From Octopus vulgaris (taxonomy: Eukaryota): a stretch of DNA of 64,000 nucleotides. The translations under genes and the position numbers were made by a program. The notes under the pieces are model-generated. The model was not told the DNA's origin, ran no database searches, and saw nothing but the letters and a program-made list of their open reading frames with translations. The DNA is taken from positions 26,908,001 to 26,972,000 of the forward strand of contig OX597817.1 of the NCBI GenBank assembly GCA_951406725.2, given 5' to 3'. Below are positions 36,783 to 52,325 of this stretch, piece by piece (the first letter of the stretch is position 1; every line of letters starts with the position of its first letter).

Positions 36783-38572
36783 TCTACTACTTTATAAATG
36801 CTTAGCTACATTAGTAATGATAAAAGTCAAATTCATCTAAGGAATGGCCTCGGATGATATTTTGAAATATTTGAAAATAGATATTTCTAGTTACTTAATA
36901 CATCATGATATATATCTTTTGAACTAGCTGGGTTGCTCTTATTCATTTTTTGTTTTTTAATGCTTGAAATTACACTAAGCAAGGTTCAAAGGACACTTCT
37001 AGACAAACATTTTGGGAAAAGAAAAGTGGACAATAATTCTACCAAAGCTTTATATAGATGGTTCAAATTACTTACCTAAATATGTATCAATACATGAATC
37101 TGTAAGCAGCAAATAAAACATGACAATTATGTAACTGATAAAAACCTAAAACGAAATACAATATGATAATTGTAAAAGAACTTATGCCAAAAAATGATTG
37201 CATATGGGATTACAATAAAGGAGCTAATACAAGGAAATAAAATGGTACTAAAATAATCAATACAAATGGTAAAATACAGGGAACTACCAACATTAAGTAA
37301 TGTAGATGTTAACCCAAAATTTTAAGTAATCAGGTTTGTATTATGTGTGAAAAGACAGTTTGTTCAGCATCCCATTTTGTCTAAGGGAACTGTTTTATGC
37401 ACAGAACTGGCAATGTGTCTATAAGTTATTCAGAAAGCAAGGATAGGTTTCACTAGATTTGGCAAAGGAAGTTTTGGTAGGAAATTTCTGGACTGGCAAG
37501 GTTTGGAAATAAAATTCACATGATACCTGCCAGGGAAGTGATAGGAAAACGGTTTAAATGATACGATATAATATATATATACAAGAATTAAGATATAAAT
37601 TCAAGTTTGGCAATCATACTCATGCATTTATAAATTCGACTTAAAATGCGTATACATATATTAATACATATCTACACAAGAATATTTAAAAAATATATTT
37701 ATAAAATATAAATATATAGTAGAAATATGTTACAAAAAGAAAATATAAAATACACGTGGAAACGTACAGGTAAAATATGAAAAATCAACGAAAATGCACA
37801 TTGCAAATAAAAAAAAAAGGTTATTCATGACAGGTAACAACAAATATATACGTTTAGAATGACTGAGGTAGTAATATGAGTCATAAAAGTCATTATTATA
37901 AGATGATAATAAAGTAAGAGAATTAAACAGACCGTGGTTTACGCAAAGACATTCATCGTTTGAAGAACACCGGCTAATATGATATATATAAATATATTTA
38001 TAGATATACATAAAAATACCTGAAAATAAAACCCATGTGGGATATGTATGGAAGGAAGTGTGAGAAAAAAAGCACTAAGCAAAAGAGGACTGAAAAAATG
38101 TTTTTCGTACTGAAATTAAGAACAGTTAAGAGTTTCGATTAAAAGATCCATAGAGATCGGTATGTTTTTAAAAATATAGATGGTATATTTGAGTAGGTAC
38201 ACTTTCAACAGCCGTTTCTAAGAGCTCATGTCCTGATAAAACATATATAGGTATGTGATGGTTTGATGCATAAAGTGTATCTACATATGTTATTACGCGT
38301 AGTCTCTTTTTTGTTTGTGATTTACAAAGATTTATGTTTGGTATTATTTGACTAATTCAGTGAAGAAATTTTACATGTGATATAGAATATGATGGTAATG
38401 TAGATAAGTGCCAATCTGTTTTTTTTTCTCGTCCTAAACATGCATTGTTTTGTGTTTAGCACATCGCACACTGAACACTAGTTCAGGCTGTACAATAGGA
38501 AGAAAATGGTCAAGTAGCTTCTAAACAAACTACATCCACTAAAAAATAAACATTTTCTTTTATTTGTTTGTT

Positions 38573-38754
38573 TCAGTCAGTTTGACTGCGGCCATGCTGG
38601 AGCACCACCTTTAGTCGAACAATTTGACGCCAGAACTTATTCATTGTAAGCCTAGTACTTATTCTATCAGTCTCTTTTGCAGGGATGTAAACACACCAAC
38701 ATCGGCTGTTAAGCGATGATGGAGGGACAAACACAGACAGACGCACACAGACAG

Positions 38755-38787
<33 letters not shown>

Positions 38788-38921
38788 CGACAGTTTCCTT
38801 CTACCAAATCCATTCATATGGCTTTGGTGGGCCCAAGGCAATAGTAGAATACACTTGCCCAAGGTGACATGCAATGGGACTGTACCTGAAACCATGTGGT
38901 TGGTAAGCAAGCTCCTATGCC
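38573..38921 (-). mobile_element. SINE family B diverged copy
   Basis: tgactgcggccatgctggagcacc...cacttgcccaagg. Confidence 0.75.
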
Positions 38922-39486
38922 TACTGCAGATCTTTCTGTAACTTTTTTGTTTTATTACTGAATGTGTCACCATCCAAACTTATTCATTTTACCTTTTTAT
39001 TAATTTCAATCACTGGACTTCGGTCAAGAATGAGCACTGCCTTAAATGGCATATGTAATTTCATCAACAATTTTACTGATACTCCTTATTTATACTCCTT
39101 AGTCTATCAATCTGGCAAAGATGAAATGTAAAGCTGACTTGAGTGAGAATTTAACTCAAAAACTAAACCAAATACCTGAACATATTTTGTCCATAGTTTG
39201 CCATTCTACAATTTATTTTTTTCATAGAAATATAACAATGTCTTAGTTTCATCTTCCATGTTACTGCCTCTATAGTAACCTTAACATAGCCATTTACCCG
39301 GCTAAAAATAGCATCTGATTTTCCTTAAATCCTTCCTGAATAAGGAAGTACACATAAAATCTTGTCCTACAAACGCTATGTTTTGAAGGTCATGGACAAA
39401 CTTGTTTTGATCTACGGTCTCCCTTATAGAGCTTGCTTTAGAGCAACAAAAGTTCTATAATTCAATTGAAAAATATATATATTTTT

Positions 39487-39795
39487 AAAATACACCATCC
39501 ATTCGTGGCCATTGCCAGCCTCGCCTGGACCCCGTGCCGGTGGCATGTAAAAAGCACCATCCGTCCGTGGTCGTATGCCAGCTCCGTCTGGCACCTGTGC
39601 CGGTGGCACGTAAAAAGCACCCACTACACACACGGAGTGGTTGGCGTTAGGAAGGGCATACAGCCGTAGAAACACTGCCAGATCAGACTGGCCTGATGCA
39701 GCCTTCTGGCTTCACAGACCCCAGTTGAACTGTCCAACCCATGCTAGCATGGAAAGCGGACGATAAATGATGATGGTCATGATGATGATGACGAT
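39487..39795 (+). mobile_element. Family A copy
   Basis: Two internal units, core and (GAT)n tail. Confidence 0.85.
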
Positions 39796-40160
39796 ATTTG
39801 AAATGGGCAAAGTGTAAACTTTAAGGGAAAGCATAGATTAGAATGTATTAGAGAACTGCTAAGAGAAGTAATGTCTTAAACATTTCATATCAAAGAGAAA
39901 TGAAGAAAAGGCACAAAGGTTGTGTTTAAACAGATTTTAAGAAAATGAGAGATGAAAGGACAGTAAATTGAGAGAAAAGAAAAATTAAGCAAATATAAAA
40001 GAAATGGCAGAAGTGCAGAGAAATGGAAAAACTTAAGAGAAGTTATAAGTAGAGTAGTAAACTATAAGTAAGTAATAAACTATTGACAGGATAAATACAA
40101 GGATCACTGGCTTTCTAAATCTATTATATAAAATCCGTTCTGTCTGTCTGTCTGTCTCTC

Positions 40161-40381
40161 TTTACTCTTTACTCTTTTACTTGTTTCAGTCATTTGACTG
40201 CAGCCATGCTGGAGCACCGCCTTTAGTCGAGCAACTCGACCCCGGGACTTATTCTTTGTAAGCCCAGTACTTACTCTATCGGTTTCTTTTGCCAAACCGC
40301 TAAGTGACGGGGACATAAACGCACCAGCATCGGTTGTCAAGCAATGATAGGGGGACAAACACAGACACACAAATACACACG

Positions 40382-40436
<55 letters not shown>

Positions 40437-40598
40437 GTACGATGGGCTTCTTTCAGTTTCCATCTACCAAATCCACTCACAAGGCTTTGGTTGGCCCGAC
40501 GCTATAGTAGAAGACATTTGCCCAAGGTGCCATGCAGGGACTGAACCCGGAACCATGTGGTTGGTAAGCAAGCTACTTACCACACAGCCACTCCTGCG
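40161..40598 (-). mobile_element. SINE family B full-length
   Basis: As other B copies. Confidence 0.85.
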
Positions 40599-40973
40599 TC
40601 TGTGTGTGTGTCTTCTACGATCTCGGGCATCCTCCATCAGATTGTGCTCAAATTTGATATTTAGATACCGACGATATCAAGGCGTGTATAAATCTTGGAA
40701 AAATTACAAAAATCAATTCCAGGTGAGAAATTGATCGATAAAGCCGTGGGAATGTGCATTTGTACGTGCATGTACATCAGCTGTTGCGATCGATACTATG
40801 CGTACGCAAGAAAAGCCTATTTTTATTTCTTTATTTTTGTTGGTGTCTTAAATTTAGGTTAAATCAGTGATTCTCAAAGGGGAGGCCTATGGGACGGTCG
40901 GACAAGTTCTTTTGAGAAAATTTGGTTTAAATGTTTGACAACTGAGCACCTTCCATTGGATGGGGGCGTTTTG

Positions 40974-41020
<47 letters not shown>

Positions 41021-42878
41021 CAGACAGGAAAATATAAAAGGAATGACTATATTAGGAATTTCTACTAAATTTCTTTTAATTGTTTAGATATTTTGATTCA
41101 TAAGCATCTCATATAATGTGTTTATATTAAATCCTTAAATCCTTAAAAATGTTTTAGCCCGAAGGCCACGGCCATGATGGGGCACCACCGCTGTAACTTT
41201 TGTTGCTGCAGACTAGACTACATTATGTGGAAATACAAAATAAATGCAGAGCTAAGCTGAATTCACTTTATCGAGTTTTACTGTAGAGATTTCAAACTTA
41301 CAAATTGTATGACACAAGACATGGTTTAGGTATTGTTCCCACTAGACAGTATCTCAGACAATTGCTTTCATTCAAATACTTGGGTTGGGTTGATCGGTGT
41401 TATGCAAATGAAATTGAGAAGCTTGTTGGAAAGAGTATATTTGTGTTATCTGTTCGATTGAATAGTCCATCATCTATTTTACGAACATCGAATTTAAAAT
41501 ATATGTAGTGTTAGAAATAAATTATCTGTTGGGTGTATTATGCTAATTTGTATGAAGAGAGAGAGGCACATGTGAGTTGAGTGAATGTTTGGGCATTAAC
41601 GGTTTCAGCTGACATGTGCAAGAGAGACAAATTCAATGGTATATGGTATGAATAAGTGATATACAAAAGGACGGTAGAGGGAAATCATACTTAAAATAAA
41701 TGATAGTCAAACGATTGAGGAAAGAAATAGTGAAGTTAGATATAATGATATTTTGACTTAGTGATAAATGAAGAGAAATTTAGGCTGGTTGGCTGGCTGA
41801 ATGGCTGGCTGGTGGCATATTATATTAGATTTTCAACACAGAAATTCAATGCTAAAATAAGAATGCCATTACTGATGCTTCTGATACTCCTGTTGCATTA
41901 TATGGTAGCGGTGGTGGTGACATCAACAATGATATGGAGAAGGAGGTAGAGGAAGTGGAAGATGGGGTAATTATGATGATGATGAGGAGGATATTTGTTT
42001 TTAACAATTAAAACGCATTTACAGATAAAGTTTTTTCAGGTCATGAAATACACTTTTTGTTTTAGCGAAAGAAATTACAGCCACAAATCACCCACTTGTG
42101 GCATGATCATCAGAGACATTACATGAATTATATCATAGATAAATTTACCAATATGTCAATAGCAGGACTGATCCTGGTTTCAAAAGTAATAAATTCTGTT
42201 TTTCAAGAGAAATATATCTATTCTGCTGATCAAACTACATTTGATTCCTGATAATATTAAATGATCCTGAGAATTGGATACCATCCAAATATTCTCTCAA
42301 ACAGAGTCTGATAAGACAGACAATAATTCAAGAAATACAATAAGCTGATGATTATATAAAATTTCTTTAAAACGTTAACAAGCACTCAAGTTTCTAATAG
42401 CTGAACTATTTAAAAAGACATCTGTTTAATTTCTAAATTACTCTGAAATCATATGTGCTATTCTGCCAAACAATAAACGTTTCGAGGCAAGCTGATGTTG
42501 CGGCTAGATGGAAGGGTGTGATATTTAAAACGAAGACTTGTTACATTACTAAAATAGAAACATCAATATATCAGAAATATGTAATTTAGGGAAACAAATA
42601 TTTGCAAACCTAAAACACAATAACAATGATGAATTATCTAAATATTGTGATCTCAAGAAATAAAAGAAAAATCATTAAAATACGAAGCAAAGAAAAAAAA
42701 CAGTACAGTTTATGATTATATATATTGATATAATCATGACAGAACATAGTTCTTGTGTGAGTTTAACAACAATGTTGAATGTTAACAAACCATCCCAGAA
42801 TATGACAATAGGATTCTAGCAGAATTAATAGGAATTGTCACAGTAGTAATGATTATATTATCATTCCTTTATTTAATA

Positions 42879-42945
42879 CTAGCAGTATTGCCCGGTGTTG
42901 CTCGGATTTGTTTTCTTTTCGACCCTTTAGAATTGGAATTGAAAA
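42879..42945 (-). mobile_element. Helitron 3' end, same family as 19645-20041
   Basis: Minus strand reads ccgagcaacaccgggcaatactgCTAG. Confidence 0.65.
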
Positions 42946-43465
42946 TTATGGTAGAGAGATTTATTTTGGGTTGATATAGGAATTTTGTTATTGCATAGGT
43001 TTCAGTCACACAGAAGTAAAGGAGTAAACAAATGTGTCACAACTGATATATATGTATGTGTGCATGTGTATATATATGTGTACACATATACATACATACA
43101 ACATACATACACAGACATATATATTTATAGACACATACACATGTACACACACACACAGAGGTACAGGTAACATATGATGGGCTTTTGACAATTTCTATCA
43201 TTCAAAAGACATTGGTCAGCCTGAAGTTATAATAGAAAACACTTTTTCACAAATCATACAGTAGGACTGAATCTTAAATCATGATTGTTATAGGAACTTG
43301 TTATCTACACAGCCATGCTTTTATATGAGGCTTTGTGCATGTGCATGTGTACGTGTGTACATGTGTGTGTGTGCATGTGAGTGTACATGCATGAATGTGC
43401 AGGTGTGTATTTATATAAAAATGTGTATTACATACATATATATACAAATACACACACACACACAT

Positions 43466-43531
<66 letters not shown>

Positions 43532-44571
43532 AGACGCACACAGTATTATCTAGGTTGCAGAAATGTAAATATCTATGGAATAAATATTTCATATCCAGCA
43601 GAATATTTTTCATGTAACATTAAGGTAATTGATTCCATTTGTTCTCCCTTTTCAAGACTAAGAATGCTTCAAGCCAAAATGCATGTCTCTGCTTCATCAC
43701 TTAACCAACCAGAAATAGCAGCCATATCTCATACAAATTATGCCCTACTAGCTTAGAAAAAGGGAGATATGTAACTGGAAAAAGGAAATAAATGGACTAG
43801 TTAATGGTTGGAATGCCTTTAATTATAACAGTTCTGCTCGAACATATTAACGTGTGTATAGGATAGTATACACACATTGTATATGTGTGTATAGGATAGT
43901 ATGCTTGAACATATTAATGTGTGTAAGGATAGTAGGATATAAATATGAATGCGTATATATGTGCAGGGATGATGTGCAGTTATTGTACATATATATTTAT
44001 AATGTAGATTTTAATACAAACATGTTTAGCAATGGTGGCGCCAGATGTTTATATTCTTTGGATAATGTGATAATGTAGTCCTAAATGCACTATGTTTGAC
44101 AATATAAACGATGGGATGGTCACAGCTAGAATACATTTGATCATAAGTCTGCTCAATAAATGCTGACCTGGGGCTAAACAACAACAAAAGATACCATATA
44201 TCTATAATGATATCAAAGCTCTCTTAAGGATAGTAGGATATAATTATCTGTCAAGTGAATAGAGACTGTTTACAGTTCAAAGACAAATTTATAACATGTT
44301 TTTCTGCATAATAGAAATAGAACAGCTTATTTCTTATTTGCTATTGAGCATACCTTATTCGTTATTTAGTCTATTGTTAGGAACGTTATGGCATGATTAA
44401 ATCATTATTGGCAAATATCAAGCAACATGAAAATAACTGGATCATTTATGATCGTTTGGATGTCATATTTTTGGCTTCTGAGGTAGTAAGTAGGTTATAA
44501 TAGTTCACCTTGTTTTCGCTGGGTATAGCACAATAGAGACAGACATTAACAAGGAAACTGAAACAACTATA

Positions 44572-44984
44572 GGCACAGGAGTGGCTGTGTGGTAAATAGC
44601 TTGCTAACCAACCACATGGTTCCGGGTTCAGTCCCACTGCGTGGCATCTTGGGCAAGTGTCTTCTGCTATAGTCCCGGGCCGACCAATGCCTTGTGAGTG
44701 GATTTGGTAGAAGGAAACTGAAAGAAGCCTGTCGTATATTTGTATATATATATATAAGTGTGTGTGTATATGTTTGTGTGTCTGTGTTTGTCCCCCTAGC
44801 ATTGCTTGACAACCGATGCTGGTATGTTTACATCCCCGTTACTTAGTGGTTCGGCAAAAGAGACTGATAGAATAAGTACTGGGCTTACAAAGAATAAGTC
44901 CCGGGGTCGATTTGCTTGACTAAAGGCGGTGCTCAAGCATGGCCGCAGTCAAAATGACTGAAACAAGTAAAAGAGTAAAAGAGT
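44572..44984 (+). mobile_element. SINE family B full-length
   Basis: As other B copies. Confidence 0.85.
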
Positions 44985-45090
44985 AGCTAATCTACTTATG
45001 AATGAGTCAATTCTACCAATGCACAAAACAATTGAGGGTTTATGAAACAAATTTGGTTAAGGGGTTTAAAGAAAGAATTAGTATTATTAT

Positions 45091-45549
45091 TCCCTGTGCT
45101 TGAGGAGACCTATTGAGTCAAGTACATCAACATCAAAAAATCAAAGGGAAATCGTAGTTGTGATACCTGTGCCATTGGCACGTAAAAAGCACCATCCAAA
45201 CATGGCTGATGCCAACACCGCCTTGACTGGCTTCTGTGCCAGTGGCACGTAAAAAGCACCAATCGATCATGGCCGTTGCCAGCCTCACCAGGCACCTGTG
45301 CCAGTGGCACGTAAAAAGCACCAACTGATCATGGCCATTGCCAGCCTCACCTGGTAGATGTGTCGCTGGCACGTAAAAAGCACCCACTACACTCATGGAG
45401 TGGTTGGCATCAGGAAGGGCATCCAGCTGTAGAAACACTGCCAGATCATATTGGAGCTTGGTGCAGCCTCCTGGCTTCCCAGACCCTGATCAAACAGTCC
45501 AACCCATGCTAGCATGGAAAACAGATGTGAAACGATAATGATGATGATG
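45091..45549 (+). mobile_element. Family A copy with 5' leader
   Basis: Leader tgaggagacctattgagtcaagta is shared with 55161. Four gtgcc...ggcac-type units. Confidence 0.85.
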
Positions 45550-46920
45550 CAGATGTTTAACCCAGAATCAGTATTATTGAGCAGACATATTATCAAAGCC
45601 ATTCCAACCATGATCTTCCTTCCTCTCTGCATATCAGGAATTACATTATCTAACATATTATTTTTATTAAAGCCAACAATGTCTGGTGTAAAGAGTTTTA
45701 GCAATTACATTTAACAGGTAAAGTGACTGCATGGATTCTCTCTTGGAGAAGGTAATTGTTTTAAATTTATGTAGTTAAGAGCATATCTTCATCGTTTTGT
45801 TTTTCTTACTGATAAAAAAAATTTTGTAAAACGAAAATATTATTTAACGGTTCTCAGTATAAATAGATGAAAGGTTAGTACTTTTCTTAATAAAACATGA
45901 CTATGTAATTAAGACACTTAAAAAGTATGTAATTCTTAATTCAATCCCTCTCTGTAATTTTGGGCATACTTTCACCATTGTCAGGTGTTCTGTATTAAAA
46001 CATCATGCTGATCAAAAACAGAAGAAAATTAGGGGATGGAAAATTTGGTAGATGGAGGTCTGTTTTGATGTCTATTCTTGCACTTAATCCATCACTTAAA
46101 AACTTGTTTGATATGAGTGGAGTTAACTCTGTTAAAATAATTCAAGTTAGAGGTTTTGTCTGAGAATAAATTCCTCCCACCCACCAACCTCAGAGGTCTG
46201 AGAAAATAGGTAATATGCATAAAATCTTCCTACTCTAATAAAACCCAAACCATTGTAAAAGAACAAAAAATAAAAATAAAAATAAATAAAAAAATTGATA
46301 GAATATCTATCAAGTTTATTTCCCTTTTACTCTGAGAAAACTCACAAATGTAAGATTAAGTGATTAAAAACGACATCTAGATCAAAAGATAAAAAAATTC
46401 CTTTTATATTTAGGAAGGTGTTAAACTGATATCATTTTACCCTATTTTGGATAATAAAGGATACTTGATGTTCCTTATGATTATATTAGCTTTATATGAT
46501 GTATTCCACACATCTTTATTAATATCAATTATAATTTATTAATATGATGATATAATTAACACATAGAATCAGTATATATCACTACATTAATTAATCAATA
46601 ATTGGGTAGACAAAATGATAGATAAATTGATTAAATAGATGACTGATTGCTGACATAAGTAAAAATGTTCTCACACAGAAATCTATCAAGCCCACATGCA
46701 AATACACATATATGATTATGTATACGTGCATTAATACATGCATCTCATAAATATACATACATTCATAAATGCATGCGTGTGTGTGTAAGATAGAAACCTA
46801 CAAATGATAGATAGAAAAGTAACAGAAGGGACAAAATGAGATAATAACACAAAGGATATGATGTATTTGTGTATGTATATGTGAATTTCACACACACCAT
46901 CACATATATATGTGTGTATG

Positions 46921-46980
<60 letters not shown>

Positions 46981-47048
46981 CATATATATATACATATGCG
47001 TGTGTTTTTATTGCTATACTACAATATGACATTCCGAAATATAATACA

Positions 47049-47143
<95 letters not shown>

Positions 47144-48702
47144 TGTACATGTATGCATTTGAATAAATATGAGAATGGGTATCTGTATGTGTGTGAATTT
47201 GTGTATAAATATAAATCAAACAATTTGTCAATGAAAGTGTAATGTAAATTTTTAGTTATTTACTCTGGTTAGGCAACATAAATGTTCCCAGAGAAACCTA
47301 ATTCAATTGCATTCAAATGTAATTTGAATCAATAGAAGGCATATTTGAATTCCCTACTTCACTTCTGCCTCATATTGCTTCACCACCTGAAAATAAAACA
47401 AGCCACTTTCAATGTTCACACATCTGTACCATTGTGTATGTAAAAATTTGGCTTGCTGTTAGCTAAACCTATAAAATACACACAGAATGCTAATTAGAGG
47501 CAGTAAATAATATATATTGCTACCATATAGCATATTACTTGCTTTTCTTTTAATATTATTGTTTTTCATATAATGTATCGTTCCATAATTTTTTTGCATA
47601 CTCTATAGGTCTATATGTACATATGTGTCTGTATGTGTATCTCTGTGTGCATGTTACTGCTTTATTAAAGTGTCTATATGTGTGTGAACACATATGTGTG
47701 TAAGGCTTTAGTTTTTTCTCTTTGCTTAGGGATGCATTTGCATAGGATTATGTATTGACATATGCATTTATGTACCTTCCAAATATTAATGAAATATGTG
47801 TATCTCTATGTTCCTGTGTTTATCAGTGGGAATACATTAACATACATATATATAAGTACAAATACACTCAAATATTTGTGAGTATACTTATGCGTATAGA
47901 TCGTCAAATACACATTATTTGTATATTGTCGAGCTAAAATAAATTAGCTTTTGTTACTACTCAGAGTTTTCCACATGTTTCTATACATGTATTTGATTTA
48001 TTATATATAAGACACGATATTCATACAATGTTTTGTGATATGAAATATTTATGACTGGTCAGTGGAATATTAATATTAATATATTTAATAATCTTAAGAA
48101 ATAATAATCAAATGCAATGACATAAGAATTGAAAATTTAACATAAGGAGGAATATCATAAATTATATTACTCAAAGTACTAATCCAGCACTCACAAACAA
48201 ATCTTGTGACAAGGTGAGCATTCGCAAAATTTGAACTTGGAATGCAAAGAGATATAATTAAATACATCAAGGCATTCTAACAATTCTACCAAACAGCACA
48301 ACCATTAAAATATAAAAGATATATATCTAGAGAAAAAATATTTGAAAAAAATTATATATGTATATATATATATTTTTTTTCTCTGAAGAATTATTAAAAG
48401 AAAATTCCTTACATGTTTATATAACATTAGCAAAGGAAACATGTAATGGAGAATAAATAATACCTAAAAATTTCATTTTTCTGTTTCGTTATACATACAT
48501 ACATACACACATACACACACACACACACATGCACACATATATATAAATATAGTATGTGACAATTAGTAGTTGGTTGTCATGATAAAATTCAGTTTCAGAT
48601 ATCATCCTCTATTTTACATAATATTGAGGTCCCACTCATTCATTTGTTGTCATATTATTATTATTAAAATTAAAACACACATATATATATATATATATAT
48701 AT

Positions 48703-49002
48703 ATCACGTCATCACGTGACCGACCAAACCATCAGATGTTGTTACACATCGCTGGTCACAATGCGTTTGCATTGTTTTAGCCTTCGAATGATGCCACCCC
48801 GCTGGCTAAGTGAGCAGGCCAACAGAAGAAAGAGTGAGAGTGGTGAAAGAGTACAGCAGGGATCACCACACCCTGCCGGAGCCTCGTGGAGCTTTTAGGT
48901 GTTTTCGCTCAATAAACACTCACAGCGCCCGGTCTGGGAATCGAAACTGCGATCCTTCGACCGCGAGTCCGCTGCTCTAACTACTGGGCCATTGCGCCTC
49001 CA
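48703..49002 (-). mobile_element. SINE family D with tail Y
   Basis: Reverse-complement homologue of 30258-30559. Confidence 0.85.
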
Positions 49003-49055
49003 CATATATGGTTTTATTTCAAAGGAATATATATATATATTTCTCATTTATTTAT

Positions 49056-49449
49056 TTACTTGTTTAAGTCATTTGACTGCGGCCATGCTGGAGCACCGCT
49101 TTTAAGTCGAGCAAATCGACCCCAGGACTTATTCTTTGTAAGCCCAGTACTTATTCTATCAGTCTCTTTTGCCGAACCGCTAAGTGACGGGGACGTAAAC
49201 ACACCAGCACTGGTTGTCAAGCAATGCTATGGGGACAAACACAGACACACAAACATACACACAAATACATATAAATACATATATACAACAGGCTTCTTTC
49301 AGTTTCCGTCTACCAAATCCACTCACAAGGCATTTGTCGGCCCGGGGCTATAGCAGAAGACACTTGCCCAAGATGCCACGCAGTGGGACTGAAACCGGAA
49401 CCATGTGGTTGGTAAACAAGCTACTTACCACACAGCCGCTCCTGCACCT
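49056..49449 (-). mobile_element. SINE family B full-length
   Basis: As other B copies. Confidence 0.85.
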
Positions 49450-49509
49450 ATATATATATATATATATATATATATCTGTGTGTTATTACAATAGTGTATC
49501 TAGTTATTC

Positions 49510-50139
49510 TTAATGCAATTTGGTAGATTTAAATATGAATGTCTGATTACTGTTGTTCTTCATCATTGGAAAACACTTCCTCCCATTGATGATACACATT
49601 CGTAATACACTTGACTCACTGGTGTAAGGAGGCTTTAAGACATTGCAGTATTTTGGCCTTATAGTGTGTCTTCCCACCCAAAGATACCCTGCAAACCCAA
49701 TGAATCAAACAAGACTATAAGCTCTTTGTTTAATAAAAATCAATAAACAAATTATTTTCTCATGCATGTTGATGTCTTCTAAACTGATAATAAATCATGG
49801 TATCCCTGTAGAACAGCATGAATCCAATCAATAAATTATTTAATCATTTTTAATATATTCTAGCAGATTCGACTATGAATATCGGACCACATCAGCGAGA
49901 ACTTTGTTTGCTAATATCTATATACAAGAGCTCACCCTCTTGTTACATTCATTGGTCCAGCGAGGAAAAAATTTTGTCTGCGGAAACACATAATCAGAGC
50001 AAAACACCATGATGTCCCAAAATCCTCTTACACCATTGAAATACATGTGAATCGTATCATCTAATGGAAGGAAGTGCTTTCCAATGATGCAAACAGCAGC
50101 AGTCAGTTATTCACGGTTGAATCTGTCAGAAAATATTAA
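49510..50139. mobile_element. Old TIR DNA element with about 90-bp degenerate TIRs
   Basis: 49510-49601 versus 50049-50139 (catcattggaaaacacttcctcccatt / aatggaaggaagtgctttccaatgatg). TTAA lies at both outer ends. Confidence 0.6.
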
Positions 50140-50571
50140 GAGTGAATAGTTACGTTATTTTTCGGATTCTCACCTCACTACTCTATGCACATCCTCACAA
50201 AATACACATACATACATAAATACATATATGTGTGTATGTGTAGAAAATATTTTTTTAGCTTTATCACTTTTCTTTATTGTTAATTTTATTATTATTCACA
50301 ATTTCAATCTTCAGCTATGCTGGTTTGATAACACACATACATTTTTCTTTTCTCTTTTTTTTTAGATGCTTTTTCCTTTTTTCTTCTTTCGGTCTATTTT
50401 GACAAAGGAAAATTTTCCAAAATCTCGAGATATCTTTCTTTTCTTCTGAATGAAATACAGTGACATTATGACATTATAGGTTTTCCTTCTTATTTCTGAA
50501 ATAATTTGCCAACACAGTTCTAAGTATGGATTTCTCAGATATTACATTTCTTCTTATTTCACTCTCTTTCT

Positions 50572-50981
50572 CTTTTACTCTTTTACTTGTTTCAGTCAAT
50601 TGACTGCGGCCATGCTGGAGCACCGCCTTTTAGTCGAGCAAATCGACCCCGGGACTTATTCTTTGTAAGCCCAGTACTTATTCTATCGGTCTCTTTTGCC
50701 GAACCGCTAAGTAACGGGGACATAAACACACCAGCATCAGTTGTCAAGCAATGCTAGGGGGACAAACACAGACACACAAACACATACACACACACATATA
50801 TATATATTTACATATATACGACAGGCTTCTTTCAGTTTCCGTCTACCAAATCCACTCACAAGGCTTTGGTCAGCCCGGGCTTATAGCAGAAGACACTTGC
50901 CCAAGATGCCACGCAGTGGGACTGAACCCAGAACCATGTGGTTGGTTAGCAAGCTACTTACCACACAACACTCCTGCGCCT
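50572..50981 (-). mobile_element. SINE family B full-length
   Basis: As other B copies. Confidence 0.85.
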
Positions 50982-51087
50982 ATATTTGATAAATAAAATG
51001 TCCTACCCTTCTCCTAATCAGATGCCCCCATCTATAAGTTATTAATCATACTAACTTAAAGAGAGTACATCTCCAAGTTGACCATGA

Positions 51088-51402
51088 TTGTTGTTTGTTT
51101 TGTTTGTTCCTTCTCGAGCCATGCCTGGCTCATAAGGGCCGGTTTCCCAGTTTCTGTGGTGCATAGGTTCCCCACCTGGATGGGACACTGGTCCGTCGCA
51201 GGTGAGCTGCAAGATGCAGGAGGAAAGAGTGAGAGAAAGTTGTGGTGAAAGAATCAGCAGAAGTTTGCCATTACCTTCTGCTGGAGCCGCATGGAGCTTA
51301 GGTGTTTCGCTCATAAACACTCACATCACCCGGTCTGAGATTCGAACCCACGTTCCCCCGACCACGAGTCTGCTGCTTTAACCATTAGGCCATGTGCCTC
51401 CA
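51088..51402 (-). mobile_element. SINE family D with V-domain-like tail
   Basis: Inverted homologue of 9688-9989, with TSD catgattg. Confidence 0.8.
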
Positions 51403-51948
51403 CACATGATTGGCAGGATGTGAGATTGACATATCATGATCAAGACTCACTCTCTAATCTTAGACCATTTTTTCCGTTTACAAATTTCATCTGTACCATC
51501 TCGTAGCACTTAGTTATTAGTAAATTGGTTAAAATATTAAAGTTTACATGTCTGTGAAGTGACTATTGCTCAGCAGTGATGAAAGAATATAAATTGTTCC
51601 CTCTTTGTAGAGGTAGCCATTCATTTTGTTTGCTTAATCAGCTGAAGTTAAGAGCTGAAAAAAAGATGACAATTATCTCAGATGTAAGCTAATTTAATTG
51701 GATTGCTTCTTCTGAGAACTGAAATTGCATTACAAGCTCAATTCTGAGAATACTTCCCAGCATTTTGCAATACTTGCAGTTTTAGAATGTTGTTAAAGCA
51801 ATAAACAAAATCTACAGCTGCTTAGTAATTTTGTGCTTTATGTATATGAATGATACAAGTTCTTAGCTATATCAATCCAACTTGTTTAAAATAAAACACA
51901 AAGTCAAAGCCATCATTTACCCACAATTGGGTATGATCTGCAACTGAT

Positions 51949-52158
51949 TTACTCTTTTACTTTTTTCAGTCATTTGACTGCGGCCATGCTGGAACATCGC
52001 CTTTAGTCAAGTAAATCGACCGCAGGACTTATTCTTTGTAAGCCTAGTACTTATTCTATCAGTCTCTTTTGCTGAACTGCTATGTTACAGGGATGTAAGC
52101 AAACCAACATCAATTGCCAAGCAATGGTTGGGGGACAAACACAGACACACAAACATAT

Positions 52159-52207
<49 letters not shown>

Positions 52208-52325
52208 TACGATGGGCTTCTTCCAGTTTCCATCTACCAAATCCACTCACAATGTGCCATGCAGTGGGAATGAACCCGGAAACATGTAGTTGGTAAGCAA
52301 ACTACTTACCACACAGCCACTCCTG
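51949..52325 (-). mobile_element. SINE family B copy with internal deletion
   Basis: As other B copies. Confidence 0.8.

Noticed and set aside
40600-40820. Helentron/HINE-like segment (gattgtgctcaaatttgatat)
   Set aside because: The termini could not be defined and there is no second copy in the window.
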